Of a DNA stretch of 64,000 bases, positions 11,715-22,869 are shown piece by piece. The notes below the pieces were generated by a model that had not been told where the DNA came from, made no database searches, and was given only the letters and a program-made list of their open reading frames with translations. A program made the position numbers and the translations under genes. The stretch is from positions 8,432,001-8,496,000 of the forward strand of contig CM022667.1 in the NCBI GenBank assembly GCA_012295275.1. Direction: 5' to 3'. Source of the DNA: Chrysomallon squamiferum (lineage: Eukaryota; Animalia; Mollusca). Position 1 is the first letter of the stretch, and every line of letters starts with the position of its first letter.

Positions 11715-12297
11715 CTTTGATTTTAACAAAGATTTATTTCTGTTTATATTTAGATGTGGTAGGCTACATTAAGAATAGAATATAAAATAGAATACAATGA
11801 GAATATATAGTTTATTATTTATTTCTTAAAATTTAAAAGTAGATCAATATTGTGTGAAATTTTTATGAAATTTGTTTTGGTATTTATTTTTTTTAAAACA
11901 AAAGAAAACTGCATTGATTTTTCTTTCAACTAAATATTTAATGATTTTATTGTTTACTTTTATTTTTTTGTTGTTGATTTTGATTTTTTTTTTAATTTTT
12001 TGTTGTTGTTTTTTCTTTGTTTCAGTCAAAAGTACATTTTGGAAGTAATTAAAGAAAATCATTAAACAAATTAAAATGTCAATAATAAGGCTTAAAGCTA
12101 TGTAGCACTGTATACTGCAGAACAAATCTAAAAAAGACATTTGTCTTGTTGTTTGTTTAGTTTCGTTTGAGAGAAGTCGGAGAGCTTTTGAAGAGCAGGA
12201 AATGGCGCTGTTAGACGGAGTACGACAGCTGCGACAAAAGATGGCAGTGGAAAACAGAGCTAAGAAAGCTCCTCCACCATTACGACCAGAGGACTAA
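1..12297 (+). CDS. TBC1D31: TBC1 domain family member 31 (WDR67), 5'-truncated at the window edge. Exons: 1-122, 413-559, 849-925, 1473-1619, 2152-2285, 2742-2875, 5744-5923, 6369-6548, 6967-7019, 7288-7440, 8157-8292, 8489-8581, ~9098-9480 (disrupted), 9956-10072, 10415-10492, 11054-11204, 11558-11635, 12161-12297
   Basis: Hand-spliced GT-AG exons keep phase throughout. Last WD40 blade (VSVSPNGRHVVAVMDDG), then TBC domain (LRGYGEYPAKYRMFIWRSVL, LAHWSPIFGETQYLPMLAFPFVKLF, WFEYFPNPPINIL, YAWPLLESVFSEVLTKEEWLMLWDNVFS, YPVFNKYPKFIVDYQ), then a long coiled coil. TAA stop at 12295-12297. Confidence 0.93.
413..559 (+). CDS. TBC1D31: TBC1D31 exon (linker)
   Basis: CTCAG acceptor; PPAPLVKVV...QDSDT; donor GTTAGT at 560; phase 0/0. 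Confidence 0.8.
849..925 (+). CDS. TBC1D31: TBC1D31 exon (TBC start)
   Basis: SLAGELDVEKLSKILRGYGEYPAKY(R); phase 0/2. Confidence 0.9.
1473..1619 (+). CDS. TBC1D31: TBC1D31 exon
   Basis: MFIWRSVLHLPENHAAY...YPIKSRKLLRVLQ(R); phase 2/2. Confidence 0.92.
2152..2285 (+). CDS. TBC1D31: TBC1D31 exon
   Basis: ILSALAHWSPIFGETQYLPMLAFPFVKLFQNNHLVCFEIIATLL; phase 2/1. Confidence 0.92.
2742..2875 (+). CDS. TBC1D31: TBC1D31 exon
   Basis: NWGYHWFEYFPNPPINILAMIENVIAHHDRYLLQHFVKYRVTSE; phase 1/0. Confidence 0.92.
3420..3870 (+). promoter_or_regulatory. Putative promoter of the nested TALE homeobox gene
   Basis: TATATAT at 3806-3812 and Inr-like TTAGTC at 3837-3842 (about 30 bp apart). Reverse CCAAT boxes (ATTGG) at 3642, 3695 and 3783. 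Six TGACAG/CTGTCA sites (3433, 3537, 3582, 3637, 3746, 3861). Several TAATTA homeodomain cores. Confidence 0.5.
4141..5068 (+). CDS. Intronless TALE-class homeobox gene (spiralian SPILE-like), nested in a TBC1D31 intron; two -1 frame breaks near 4488 and 4776 (sequencing error or young pseudogene); ~309 aa if repaired
   Basis: ORFs 4141-4506, 4497-4802 and 4799-5068 join if one base is restored at each break. This gives KSRQLKPKATELMNRWYDDHVDN-PYP-NDEDKMMLADKGEISLAQVKAWFANRRNRT: a TALE PYP loop plus helix 3 WFANRR (Ala50). Confidence 0.88.
5744..5923 (+). CDS. TBC1D31: TBC1D31 exon
   Basis: VYAWPLLESVFSEVLTKEEWLMLWDNVFSTHPSFLL...DDFK; phase 0/0. Confidence 0.93.
6369..6548 (+). CDS. TBC1D31: TBC1D31 exon
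   Basis: YFFHHRNAVDVKQVV...PLTKGLYPVFNKYPKFIVDYQ; phase 0/0. Confidence 0.93.
6967..7019 (+). CDS. TBC1D31: TBC1D31 exon
   Basis: VQERERIRQEEMEYLRQ(K); donor GTAAGT; phase 0/2. Confidence 0.9.
7288..7440 (+). CDS. TBC1D31: TBC1D31 exon (coiled coil)
   Basis: QVTLEVQKETLKRQQEEEAWYRQEHLL...DQRK(R); phase 2/2. Confidence 0.9.
8157..8292 (+). CDS. TBC1D31: TBC1D31 exon (coiled coil)
   Basis: LFAMNREVKLKELQLLDAARRKFL...MQRK; phase 2/0. Confidence 0.9.
8489..8581 (+). CDS. TBC1D31: TBC1D31 exon (coiled coil)
   Basis: ALMRDQETEAAIEEAEIKNMELNLQKKMFEQ; phase 0/0. Confidence 0.85.
9098..9480 (+). other. TBC1D31: Scrambled TBC1D31 exon: 72-bp tandem copies of acceptor plus exon start, and a partial duplication of the exon body
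   Basis: AG|GAACTGTTCAGGGAGTA (ELFREY) at 9098, 9170 and 9242. AAGCAGAAGGAGCTGGAAGACAGAATACAG occurs twice. Only 9391-9480 (DLHRKQKELEDRIQQRLQASERERDLQVRK, donor GTGAGA) reads cleanly. Confidence 0.75.
9956..10072 (+). CDS. TBC1D31: TBC1D31 exon
   Basis: MMSQKLALASQRNIDMWAHKEVNHRHHVEDCEREARQEQ; TTCAG acceptor, GTAGGA donor. Confidence 0.75.
10063..10270. repeat. Minisatellite with 24-bp unit AGAACTACTCCTTGTTTAGCAGTC (x4), plus a duplicated donor site
   Basis: Direct reading; CAAGAGCAG|GTAG occurs at 10073 and again at 10141. Confidence 0.85.
10415..10492 (+). CDS. TBC1D31: TBC1D31 exon
   Basis: LAKIHAQNRTLEEEVQKLMKKCQLER; phase 0/0. Confidence 0.75.
11054..11204 (+). CDS. TBC1D31: TBC1D31 exon
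   Basis: EEETAAGYQGLQRQQ...VIDAVQ; TTGCAG acceptor, GTGAGT donor; phase 0/1. Confidence 0.72.
11558..11635 (+). CDS. TBC1D31: TBC1D31 exon
   Basis: HQTPYLNNSHLLDPLQTEDSLLTTK; phase 1/1. Confidence 0.68.
12161..12297 (+). CDS. TBC1D31: TBC1D31 last coding exon
   Basis: SFERSRRAFEEQEMALLDGVRQLRQKMAVENRAKKAPPPLRPED*; the VRxLRQ motif resembles the vertebrate C-terminus. Confidence 0.85.
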
Positions 12298-13168
12298 AAA
12301 TAACAAAAATAACTTACTCCAATCCAAGGAAAACAGGCCTAACTAGCTTACTCTTCATTATTTGATAACAAGATAAAAAAAATTAAAAAACTAGTTTTTT
12401 ATACCAGATACCAGGAAGAGAAAAAGAAAACACATTTTTGATGCTTTCTGAACCAGTCAGAAGAATTAATCTCGGAAAAATGTGAAAGTTAAAAAAAAAG
12501 ATATTTTTGTTTTAAAAACAAGATCTTCATTTTCCAGATAACCTTTAGAACGTTTCTGATTCATTGTTATTTCATAGCTTAAAGACTTGACCGTAGAAAC
12601 AGTTTCTGAAAGAAAAATGTTTGTGAGAAATGTTAGCTGGAAGTTAAGTCTTACCAAGGACTAAAGACTTTTCATCTTTGTAGTTTTGAAGATGTTTTTA
12701 TAAACACAAAGAATGTAATAAACCAATTTAATGTCTGCCTTATCAAGAGTAAACAATTCCATTTAACAACCAAAGATTTTTTTTTTTTTTTTTTTACAAA
12801 TTTTACTTTATCTCAAGTTCGGTTTTAATCACATGAATTGTGAACATGCAGATCTTTAAAAGTTGACTATCTCTTTTTCTTATAGCAGTCCACAGTATGT
12901 AAGTTAATGATGTGGACCTGTTTATTTTTCACTTTTTTCAACTTTAGTATTATTAAATAACGTCTTCTATCAAGTAATGTAAGATGAGTCAGTGTCGTGA
13001 TAAATAGTTTTGTTCAAAATGAGTGAATATAACCAAATACATAACTTTTTATAAATCTACGTTATTTAAAGGTAACAATGCGTTACAATAATACTAAAAA
13101 TGTAAAATAGTTTGATTTTTGTACAGGGTTAATAAGCACAAGAAATGCTTGTAAATTGATCTGTTTAA

Positions 13169-13174
13169 AATAAA
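13169..13174 (+). terminator. Candidate TBC1D31 polyadenylation signal
   Basis: AATAAA followed by a T/GT-rich tract, where the CpG-poor domain ends. Confidence 0.35.
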
Positions 13175-14284
13175 ACCAGTTTATTTATTATTTTGTTTTC
13201 TGTGCAGTGTTTGCAAGCATTAACATTTTTTTACATGAAAGGATTTTAATATCTGTATATTTGTATTTTGTCTTCAAAGAACCTTGTATAGGTCGGAATG
13301 TGCACAGATGCACGCACATACAATTGGATATTCAATTATTTTGTTCCTTTGCGCATTAAAACATGAATTTGCTTTCACACTTTCACGTCTGCGTTTCCAC
13401 GTGCACCATTTACACAGACACAATGTCCCCAACTTGAGACTATTTATGTTCTGACTTACCGGAAGTTACTCGAATTTTAATTTGTGAAATATTACCTAGT
13501 ATTTTCTATTTCACTTGTAATGTAATATAACGGTACAAGACAACTTACATTAAGGTAATGAAAAACAGTTTTTGTTTATCTTTTCTGATATGATTTTTAT
13601 CGAGATCGTAGGTACGAAGGGACATAACTCGCAAAGTCTGCACGTAGGATTAACTCTGAAATGCGCCATCTATGGGTGATCCATGTCGTTCGTCAGCCTG
13701 GTATTTCAGCTGGAAAATTATCGTAAATGTATAGTATAAATATTTAACTAATACTTTGGAAGTAGTAAATACAGTTTAGAGTTGGTGTTCGTATTTCATC
13801 TTTCCAAAAGTATTTTCTGATATGTTTTCTGCGTAGTGTTTGTTTAAAAGCCATAACGGGATTTTGCCAAATCAAATAAATAAAGAAAAGGTAAAAGTAT
13901 TTAATCTTGGTTTTTGATCAGTTCAGTGGCTTGTTTGATAACGTTTTAATTGTTTTGTTTTTTTATAAATTTATTTATTTATTCATTTTTTATTTTATTT
14001 TTTTATTATTTACATATATTCTGCATATCAGTGGTTTTCATCTTTAAATTGTTGTACAGATACATGCTTTGCATTTGTTTAATGAAAATGTGTGTTTAAA
14101 TTAATAACACATCAGTGAAGTATTTGTATCTGTTAGTATGTTTACGCTGAGAAGTTGATACCGGTTAACACTGTAGTATAGGACATATAGGATGCACAGG
14201 AACTACGGAAACACTGTTATTAAACAAGCTGTCATTACATGTTATTTCGTGTTATGTGGCGACAAATGTAGCAAAGAAACTGTA

Positions 14285-14521
14285 ATAACGAAAGAGCACG
14301 CTTAAGTCGCTAGTCATCGGCTATTTGTTTTTAATTAGCAGTAAGGTTTCTGTTGTACGCACATTCCCATAGGCAGGACTGTACATACCACAACCTTTTT
14401 ACAATTCTTGAGGAGCAATGACTGGAACGAAAACAGCTCAGTGGGTGCATCAAGAATGATCGATCTGACGTCACATCACACCAAGCGCAGACATTGTACT
14501 ACTAAGCTACGTCTCTCCCCC
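14285..14521 (-). mobile_element. Degenerate tRNA-derived SINE
   Basis: Minus strand starts GGGAGAGACGTAGCTTAGTAGTA (A-box-like), then AGATCGATCA (B-box-like). The body ATTAGCAG...CATACCAC...CTGGAACGA...AGCTCAGTGGGT resembles a gastropod SINE family as I recall it (not searched). Confidence 0.6.
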
Positions 14522-15000
14522 TATGTGACTGTAATATCAAATTGTTTCCTGTTCCAACAAGACCACAGAATTCGTTTGCCAGCGGCAGTTATAAAAATTT
14601 AATAAATAAATAAACAAACATCTAATTCCTAAACATTAATATTAAAATGTCTCAGAAGAACAAGAACGTGCAGAAAAAAAAAAAAAATAAATAAATAAAT
14701 AAATAAGTAGTAGCAGTAGAAGTAATAGTGTCAAAGTGAAATAATGAACTACAAGCATGGAATTTTTATACAACTATTTTTGTTGCATAATGAGTAACCA
14801 ACATCTGTTAAATCCTATTCTCAGTTATTATTTTAGTTAATTTTAAAATTTATTTTATTGTTTTCAAAATACATGACTCGTTCCAGATTTTGAACAAATT
14901 CTCGACAGCACAATGAATTTAATATGTTATATTAATATTCATTGTTAAATTAGCATAACATATTAAAAATTATCAATCAGTTCTGACATACGGACTTTAT

Positions 15001-15042
<42 letters not shown>

Positions 15043-15258
15043 CTCTCACTCTCTCGTTTTGTTCTGTGCAATATTTCGAATTTAATGCTACTTTTTTTAT
15101 GTATTATCATTAAACTCACTAATTAAACTCACTAATTACATTAATTAATAACGACATATGATGATGATAGATGACGGGCACTAATTTTATAATCTAAACA
15201 TTTTTACAACACTAAGGGTGGATAATTATAACGTAATAAAAACGATGACGTATGCTTA

Positions 15259-15303
<45 letters not shown>

Positions 15304-16182
15304 TATTATTATTATTATTATTATTTTTTTTTTTTTTTTACAGATTTTATTATTTCTTAATTCTATTCTATTATTAATAGGCAATAACTAAAGAGTTTAA
15401 TAGCCACTTTCCTGCCACAGTATTTATTAAATATTTGTTGAAAGCTGAAGTCCATGTAGATTATACATATACATGTACTCTTAACGATATGCTGTAATAT
15501 TATTGTTGCATTACCACGGCGATATTTTAAGAATCTACCTTGTTCATCCAAATAAGAACAAACTTTTGTGATAAAATTTGAATCACTAACAAAAGGAAAC
15601 TGATTACTTCATTGAACCATCTGTTATGAGATGTGTCTTTAGAATATAATTACCTGTTAAAAGTATTCGTATACGTTAAAAAAAAATAGTTCCTTGATAC
15701 TGACTTATTAATTATAATTATATCACTACATCTCCAAATATTTCTCACCCCAGTAATAATTTTAGTCCAGTTATTAGAATATGGATGTAATCACCAAAGA
15801 ATAAGCAGTTACATCGGGGAAAAAAGAGGGGAAAAAACACACATACACACACGCACACAATTTTTTAAATAAAGAAAACAAACCCAATTTGTTTGTACGA
15901 ATTAATTTTTCTCTGAAGATAGCTAAAGGGGGATTACTACGTTTTACTTATAAACAATCACCCATCGTCATCAAGAAACAAGGGAAGTAACTACGGTTAG
16001 CATTGAATAGGCGTATGTAAACAAATGTCTTGTCATTTATTTATTTTTTAATTATTATTATTTGAGTTTTTTCATTTTAATTCAAAAGCAATAAATTGTG
16101 TCCATAATTCTGTCATAAAAATTACCTTAGTTTACGAAAAATGACTACTAACAGTTTTACTTTAAGAATAATAAACAGATAG

Positions 16183-16213
<31 letters not shown>

Positions 16214-17078
16214 AATAATAATAATAATAAAGTATATATATATATATATTATATCATTCTTTTGTACACAAAACATTTTGAAACGGTATATTTAAATTAT
16301 TTATTTATTTTAAAATCATCATTGTCATTATTAATGTATGTATGCATTCGACCGCCTATTCCCGAGCACTGGTACGGTACATAATTAATATTAATTTAGC
16401 TCCGATGTGTATGTATCTGTTTCATAGTTCATTAGCATTGGAAACTCCTCCTGGTTATTTTGGTGCTGTATCAAATTAAAAATAAAATTAAACATGTATC
16501 ATTTATGACTCTGCCTTCTTTCACTGTGTTCTTGTTGTTGTCATTGTTTTTGTTTTATTGTTGTTGTTGCTGTTGTTGTTATTATTATTATTATTATTAT
16601 TTGTTTTCTAAACACAAATTTCTTATTGAAGAAAAAACTAAAAAAAAAAATAACGTAACTAGCGTGTCAGGATGCACGGAAGCGAACATTTTCTAAATTT
16701 ACTATTTTATTACTATTACCACTACTATTGCCATTACTATTACAACTATTAGACTACTACTGCTATTGCTGCGTTTGTTTTTGTTTTTGTTTTGTTTGTT
16801 GGGTTGGTGTGTTTGTTTGTGTGGGGTTGAACATGTAATAAGTAACAGATGTATTTGATATGTTTTCGTTAATTAATTATTTCTTTTTTTTCTTTTCTTT
16901 TTTTTAATAAAATGCATTATTTAATAAATGCATTATTTTAAGTTTTTGGATATTTATCTTAGACATATATATATATATATATATAATAAAATAAAAGGAA
17001 AAGAAAAGAAAACCGAAAAAAGAAAAGTATGTGAATCTATTCGCGAGGACGGGTTTTTCAGTATTTCTCTTTTGTAAT

Positions 17079-17140
<62 letters not shown>

Positions 17141-17246
17141 AATAATAATAATAATAATAATGTCACAGTATGTTTCCTCTCTTATTTTCAAATGTCCAAG
17201 ATTTGTGTTGTAACCATATAAAACAAATGTCTGAATGATCTCTCGA

Positions 17247-17353
<107 letters not shown>

Positions 17354-17373
17354 GTTTTCTTTCCGTATCTCAT

Positions 17374-17404
<31 letters not shown>

Positions 17405-17719
17405 TTGCATAATGGTCTGGCAGATTGGTTTTCAGTATTTAAATACTATGTAAATATTTGTCCTAGGTTCATTAAATAAATAAATTCTTCAAAAACATGC
17501 AAAATATGAAAATGTCATTTGGGTATCAGAATATGTCTGCTAATCAGTACAACAGCACAAAGAGTTTAAAATTCAAAGGAATAAATAAAAAATTAATTAT
17601 TTAGCCAAACCCACACAAAAATAAATTAATAAATATAAGTATTTATTTATAGATATATAGTTGTTTTTTGTTTTTTTTTAAAAGAAAGAAGAAACATTCA
17701 CCGCGTCACAAAGGTGTTG

Positions 17720-17758
<39 letters not shown>

Positions 17759-18078
17759 GATGTGTTCCTTCAGTTGATGATAATAATAGTAGTAATAATA
17801 ACAACAACAGCAACAAAAACAACAACATATTATTATTATTATTATTTTGATGATGGAGATATATTTGATGATGATAATAATAATGATAATAATGATAAAA
17901 TAATATAATAATGATAATGATAATAACAATAATTAGATAATAATAATAATAATAATTATGATAATGATGAAGATAATAATAAAAATATCGCAATTATATT
18001 AATAATAAGTCTACTAGTAGTTGTAGCAATTAATATGTTATTATTATTATTTATTATATTTATTTATTTAGTTATTAT

Positions 18079-18143
<65 letters not shown>

Positions 18144-18589
18144 AATTTGTTTATTTTCTTTCGTAAAATATTTATAATAAAAAAATAAAAGAATTCGCTT
18201 TTGGTGTTGCAGCAAATTATGTATTCTTTTCTTTTCACTTTTAAATTTTATTTCCTTTTTATTTATTTGTTTGTTTGTTTATTCTTTATTATTGTAAGAG
18301 TGAATGCGTCTTCTTCTTGTTGAATGGACGTCGGAATGTACGTCGTTGTGAAGAATTTGATGTATTATTAATATAAAAAAATAATAATAATAAAGTTAGC
18401 GACTGTAGAAAGTATTTACAATGTCGACATCATAAACAATATTACATTCCTGTTTTTCAAAACGTAAACGGGAAACGAATAACAATCTTGATCAAAGAAA
18501 AAAAAAAATAATATTCGTCTTTGAGAATTTTTTTTTTTAAATCCTCAGTCAACATGCAGTTTGTCTGTGAAAGGTGTCCCCGCATCAAC

Positions 18590-18800
18590 AAACAAACTCG
18601 GCTCCTAGTCGCGTCACTTCGTCCAAGTCCGCCGCTGTGTTTGTGTTCAGTGCGGGAGGAGGGTTCACCGCGGGAGGAGGGTTTACGCGCGAGTTTCTCG
18701 GTGCAGCGAGTGATCACTCGGAGCAGAACGTCACTGGTGACGCTAGCTCGCGCTCCGCCTCCGCCGCCTTTCCCCCTCATATCAGTCACTGCAGCGCTGA
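18590..18800 (+). promoter_or_regulatory. Aquaporin promoter (GC/CpG-rich island)
   Basis: Local GC/CpG peak, GC-box-like CCGCCTCCGCCGCC, and Inr-like TCAGTC at 18782-18787, about 190 bp upstream of the ATG. Confidence 0.5.
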
Positions 18801-18971
18801 GTTTTCATTTGCCAGTTTCTCATTCGCGGTCTCTCACCACAGTTATTTTCCTCTTTCACTCTCTCTCTGTTTTTATATATATAGATATATATATATATCT
18901 ATATATAGCTCGTAAGCGAAGAAAACTTGGCGTCTCTCCGGCTGAGCGAGTAGTGAAAAGCGTGTCTACCT

Positions 18972-19553
18972 ATGTCAAAGACTGAGAAGTTCGGCTGCTT
19001 GAGCACGGTCAGGATGGTTACGAGTATCGACGACATCCAGTCTCTGCGCTTTTGGAAAGCTATCGCTGCCGAGTTTTTGGGCACGTTTCTCCTCGTGTTC
19101 GTTGGATGTGGATCTACTATGTCCATCAACGACTCGGCGCCGCCACAGACTCCTCAGATCGCTTTCTGCTTTGGACTCAGCATCGCGACGATAGTGTGGA
19201 GCATCAACCACATCAGCGGCGGCCACATCAACCCGGCCATCACCATCGCTCTGTTTGCGACGAGGAAGATCAGTCTCGCTCGGGCTGTCTTCTACGTCAT
19301 CTTCCAGCTCGTCGGCTCCATCGTGGGTGCGGCGCTGCTGCTGGGCGTCACCCCCGACTCCAGGGTCGGCACCCTCGGGATGACGAGGCTCGCGCCCGGG
19401 ATGGACGCTGGAAAGGGTCTGGGGGTCGAGATCTTTATCACCTTCGTCCTCGTTTTCACCGTGTTCGCTTCGCTGGATTCCAGAAGAAAGGATCTGAACG
19501 GTTCAACTCCTTTGTCCATCGGTTTGTCTGTGACGATGTGTCACCTGTTTGCT
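18972..19553 (+). CDS. Aquaporin exon 1 (TM1-TM5, first NPA)
   Basis: MSKTEKF...MCHLFA; donor GTAAGT at 19554. Confidence 0.95.
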
Positions 19554-19774
19554 GTAAGTATTTTTTTTTTTTTTTACTTCGATTTCAGTACGTGTCTTAT
19601 TTTGATTTATAACAATATGTAGCTCAAAACGCTCCTGAGGTAGATAAAGTATATGATTAATATATAATGTGATTATTACCGTGAAAACTTTTGTCTAGCC
19701 AAAGACGTACAAACGCACACATAAACAGACTCAAAACCACATTTATGTGCCGTATCTTTCTTTATTTTAATGTC

Positions 19775-19859
<85 letters not shown>

Positions 19860-21661
19860 TATCAAATTAATATAAGAAAATTTGTAATGACCAACATTTT
19901 CTTGTTGCTATTACTGTTATTGTCATATTTAACACCTACCAGCTAGATAAATCACATAAGAAAATGGATTACACAGATAAGTTATCTTGTTTATATCATA
20001 AAGGTGTTACTTTAACCGGACTCGTAGCTGTTGTTTTCTTTAATTAAAATCAGGAAAACAGTCGTAAACGTGTGTAATGAAATGTGATAATTTTAACACA
20101 TTCAGAGTTCAGCGTTTACTGCGAGTTTTAAAAATAGTTTTGTTACTGATCAACGAATCACATCATTTCGTAACGACGACAACAGCTGTGTGTGGCTGAC
20201 GAGTTTTTCACGGCGTGAACTAATACTAATGGTGTTGATGAAATCATCGACAGTGAGCCTGCTCATCTCATTAGCATTGTTAACTGTATAAATTTAAATT
20301 TTTTTGATTATTAATATTATCTTTTTTTTTAAAGCTTAGTCTAAGCCTAGATACCTACAAACATACGTACATACATTCATACATCCACCTATCTATCCAT
20401 CCATCCATCATACATACATCCATAAGTAGATTCATCCATCCATCCATCCATACATACATATACATACATACATATACACATACATATGTACATACGTACA
20501 TAAAACATACATAATGCATACGAATACATATATACGTATATAGGAACATACAGATGTAAATAGCAGGCGGTTGTAAATATTATGTTTTTGTCTCGTCGTG
20601 GGTTCCTGACAAGTGAAATCTTTTATCCGTCTAAAAACTATCTAGATGCTGAATCTAACTAAATGTACATATGCCAGAAATATATACTTCCTTCAGCGTA
20701 TCAAAGACATCTATTTACATCTTGTAGATGCAAAATTTATATAACTGAAAATGACTTTCATAATGTATGCAATTTGGTTTAGAAATTAATATTGGAAGTA
20801 CTGTGTATTCTGGTACTGTTGTACTGTGTATTCTGGTACTGTAGTACTGAGTAATCTGGTACTACTATAGTACCGTATTCTGGTACTCTGGTACTATGGT
20901 AATAAATTATATACCCTAGTAGTTGGTTGGTATTATTCGATCCAGTATTATTCGATAACAGGCTTTTACAGTTGTCTTGTTTTTTTTCTCTCTCTCTTTT
21001 TGCATGTCCGCTTTTCATTTTGATTTCTTTTTTGAACCGACCTTAACTGAGTGTCAAGAGAATGGGCATAATAGCATTTCCCACGACCACTTACAGACAA
21101 CGAAAATACCCTCCACATCCGCACAATAATTGGAAATAAAAAGCCGTTTGTCATAAATCTCTATAGTAATTTCACCGGAAGCCGGATGTTGTTAGTATTG
21201 ATGTGTTTTCGTGAGTCACGTTATATCACAAATACGGCATCTTTGATGTTTTCTTTTCGGCTACTAACTTTAACGATTGCACTCTTCACTATTAAGTGTT
21301 TGTTTTGTTTTTTCAGTCGTTTGTACCACTTCGTGGTACTCTGCGGTTTTAAATGATCTGAATAACATTGCTGTAAATAAATTAAATATATGTTAATTAA
21401 CATTATTTCTTTTAAATAGACTCCAGTTTCATTATTATGATTATTATTAACAATGGTTTTTTATGTTTGTTTTTTTGCAACTGATCTTTCCATTACTACT
21501 ACAACTTCTATACTGTTACTACTACTACCACTACTACTACTACTACTACTACATCGCCATCTCCATCACTGCTATTTTTTCCTCCCTCCTTTATTTATAC
21601 TTTCTCTGACATACTGGTATACAGGCACACACAAACACACACAGCATATTCACGCATCCAA

Positions 21662-21725
<64 letters not shown>

Positions 21726-22287
21726 CTACGTGTATATAATTACGTTTTACACGTCTGTAACCAAACGCTTAAACATTTGGCCCCGAACATCACTTTCGAA
21801 CATTTGAACACGTGACGTCTTGCCCCGCTACAGATGTTCCGCCATTAAGACTTGAGTGTACGTCATAAACTAACATTAACAGTGGCCACGCGACGAGTTA
21901 ATACGAGTTTTACTACACTCTGCAGCAAATCAAACCAACAGCAGCAGCCTCTCAGGCCGTTCATATCTACTAAACGATAATAGTACCAAGCAGGCGTAGT
22001 TACGTCACGTGATCAGTTACCATGGTAAAACTGAACCCCCAATGTAGTATTGAGATTATTGTATTTTAATGGTGAAAACTGGAACAATTACATTCAGTGG
22101 ATGAACAATTTCTTTGAAAAGGTAGAAACGCTAGTTTTGTGACGGGTGTAACTTTAAGATAAAATTAATTATATTGGGGGCAATGTGTATATGTCTGTGT
22201 GTGTGAGTGTATATATAAATAAATAGATTTAAAATTAAAATCAACTGATTATGGGTTCGTCGGAAATTCTTTGATGTTTTAAAAAAA

Positions 22288-22322
<35 letters not shown>

Positions 22323-22790
22323 ATGCCAATAGGTTGGAATTGGTTTATTTTAAATTCTTATTTACGACAGGTTATAAATAAAACTCTTTTCTCTGCTTTA
22401 TTCTTATTCTTTTTCGTCTGTTCATCTTCGTTTTTGTTTTTTTCTGTTTTATTTTGTGTCTGTTAAACTCATCACTCTTCAAAATATTCCAGAAATGAGA
22501 AAATGGTGTTGTTGTTTTTTTTTTGTTGGTTTTTTTTTGACGTTTTCATCAATGATAAGTTTTCTTTTAAAGAAAACACTGTACTTGCTTTTATTCTCTA
22601 ACAAAAAACAAAAAAAAAAGCAGTTCTGAAATAGTTTGCAATAATAACCTGTATTCTGAGCGATATAGGGTTCCATTTTTAAAACTTAGAGAAAACGTTT
22701 GATAGTGCAAAGAAAGGAAGGTAGGAAAGAAAAGAAATGCTAATAATATAAAAGGAACAAATGCAGAAATGAAACACAGTAAAATAAATC

Positions 22791-22869
<79 letters not shown>

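Noticed and set aside
14430-14521. tRNA gene on the minus strand
   Set aside because: The A and B boxes are degenerate, I cannot fold a cloverleaf, and the sequence continues into a SINE-like body.
18457-19612. Alternative-frame and antisense ORFs over the aquaporin promoter and exon 1 (18521-18985, 19052-19612, 18975-19226)
   Set aside because: Explained by high GC content and codon bias of the real exon; no recognisable motifs.
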